Position numbers and translations under genes: made by a program. Positions 63,821 through 64,000 of a DNA stretch of 64,000 bases are shown piece after piece. The stretch covers positions 21,978 through 85,977 of the forward strand of contig JAVYMA010000004.1 of NCBI GenBank assembly GCA_038740345.1, read 5' to 3'. A model generated the notes under the pieces. It was given only the letters and a program-made list of their open reading frames with translations. It was not told the DNA's origin and searched no databases. Source of the stretch: Methanomassiliicoccales archaeon. Lineage in GTDB: Archaea; Thermoplasmatota; Thermoplasmata; Methanomassiliicoccales; UBA472. Positions within the stretch are counted from its first letter, which is position 1. Each line of letters opens with the position of its first letter.

Positions 63821-64000
63821 ACAATACCTTTCTCCAATCCCTCTCCTCCCTGGTCCAAATGCGCAGAATCGGATCCATGGGGAAGAGCAGGTCCTTCTGA
63901 TATTCCTCCAACGAGGGGCAGATGTTGATGTCCACGCTCCGCTCTGAGTTCTTCTTCAGCATGCGGCGCAGTTGAGAAGGGGACTTCTGCAGCTCCCATA
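63654..64000 (-). CDS. Hypothetical protein, C-terminal part (gene starts beyond window end)
   Basis: This frame is open to the window edge (...WELQKSPSQLRRMLKKNSERSVDINICPSLEEYQKDLLFPMDPILRIWTREERDWRKVLSNYF...). It has a strong G/C third-position bias, unlike the alternative frame 63817-63999. Its last 167 nt overlap the OsmC gene. Confidence 0.4.
   Translation of the reverse strand, partial: WELQKSPSQLRRMLKKNSERSVDINICPSLEEYQKDLLFPMDPILRIWTREERDWRKVLSNYFLERQLDSRPLLARAPPASRSGSRYRSPRRCHGTFSASKGHSSLVASGRGLT

Noticed and set aside
63817-63999. 60-aa minus-strand ORF ending next to the OsmC stop
   Set aside because: Its third codon positions are A/T-rich, against the genome's bias, and its composition is implausible. 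The overlapping alternative frame carries the coding signal.

Overview
The window looks like a gene-dense archaeal chromosome segment. Evidence for archaeal origin: a ThrRS with the archaeal editing domain, fused ThiDN, RibL plus the archaeal-type riboflavin synthase, ribosomal protein L40e, RFC small subunit, ABCE1 and FtsZ. A Thermoplasmata-like euryarchaeon is my guess only. Hand counts on single 60-nt lines give about 58% GC in typical coding sequence.

Most of the window is housekeeping:
- partial thrS, two FKBP PPIases, a GT4 / membrane protein / GT4 glycosylation cluster, and thiDN
- a divergent arginine cluster (argH-argG on the minus strand; argC-argJ-argB-argD on the plus strand, followed by an ACT-domain protein and a second class-III aminotransferase)
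- tRNA-Thr(UGU) and tRNA-Arg(CCU)
- amt-glnK, ABCE1, metG and ftsZ
- a ribB-ribL-ribC-ribH operon
- pgi/pmi, glyA, a TtuA/NcsA-like tRNA thiolase, rfcS, rpl40e (too short for the ORF track), eno, a NAPRT and an OsmC-like protein

The outlier is 42.9-51.8 kb:
- a DUF1848 Cys-cluster protein sits divergently from a 1,597-aa single-polypeptide fusion
- the fusion combines a Cas4-like Fe-S PD-(D/E)xK nuclease, an HhH motif, an RNase-H-like region, an Upf1/Dna2-like SF1 helicase and a Zc3h12a (Regnase)-type NYN RNase
- it is followed immediately by an abrupt ~2.9-kb low-GC island (about 32% GC on one sampled line)
- the island carries a DUF2075 (Schlafen-helicase-like) ATPase with an N-terminal D...ExK motif, convergently overlapping a MazG/DCTPP1-like NTP pyrophosphohydrolase

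I consider this the best candidate for an undescribed nucleic-acid-targeting (defence-like) locus. All domain calls are by-eye motif recognition and need HMM or structure confirmation.

Secondary observations:
- two genes (argJ and a response regulator) whose conserved N-termini lie upstream of any canonical start but behind strong SD sequences and ATA/ATC codons
- an interleaved palindrome upstream of amt-glnK
- a PUA / PAPS-reductase-like / ferredoxin fusion
- a second lower-GC patch of orphan acidic ORFs
- small promoter-proximal tandem repeats

I saw no CRISPR array, rRNA, transposase or integrase.
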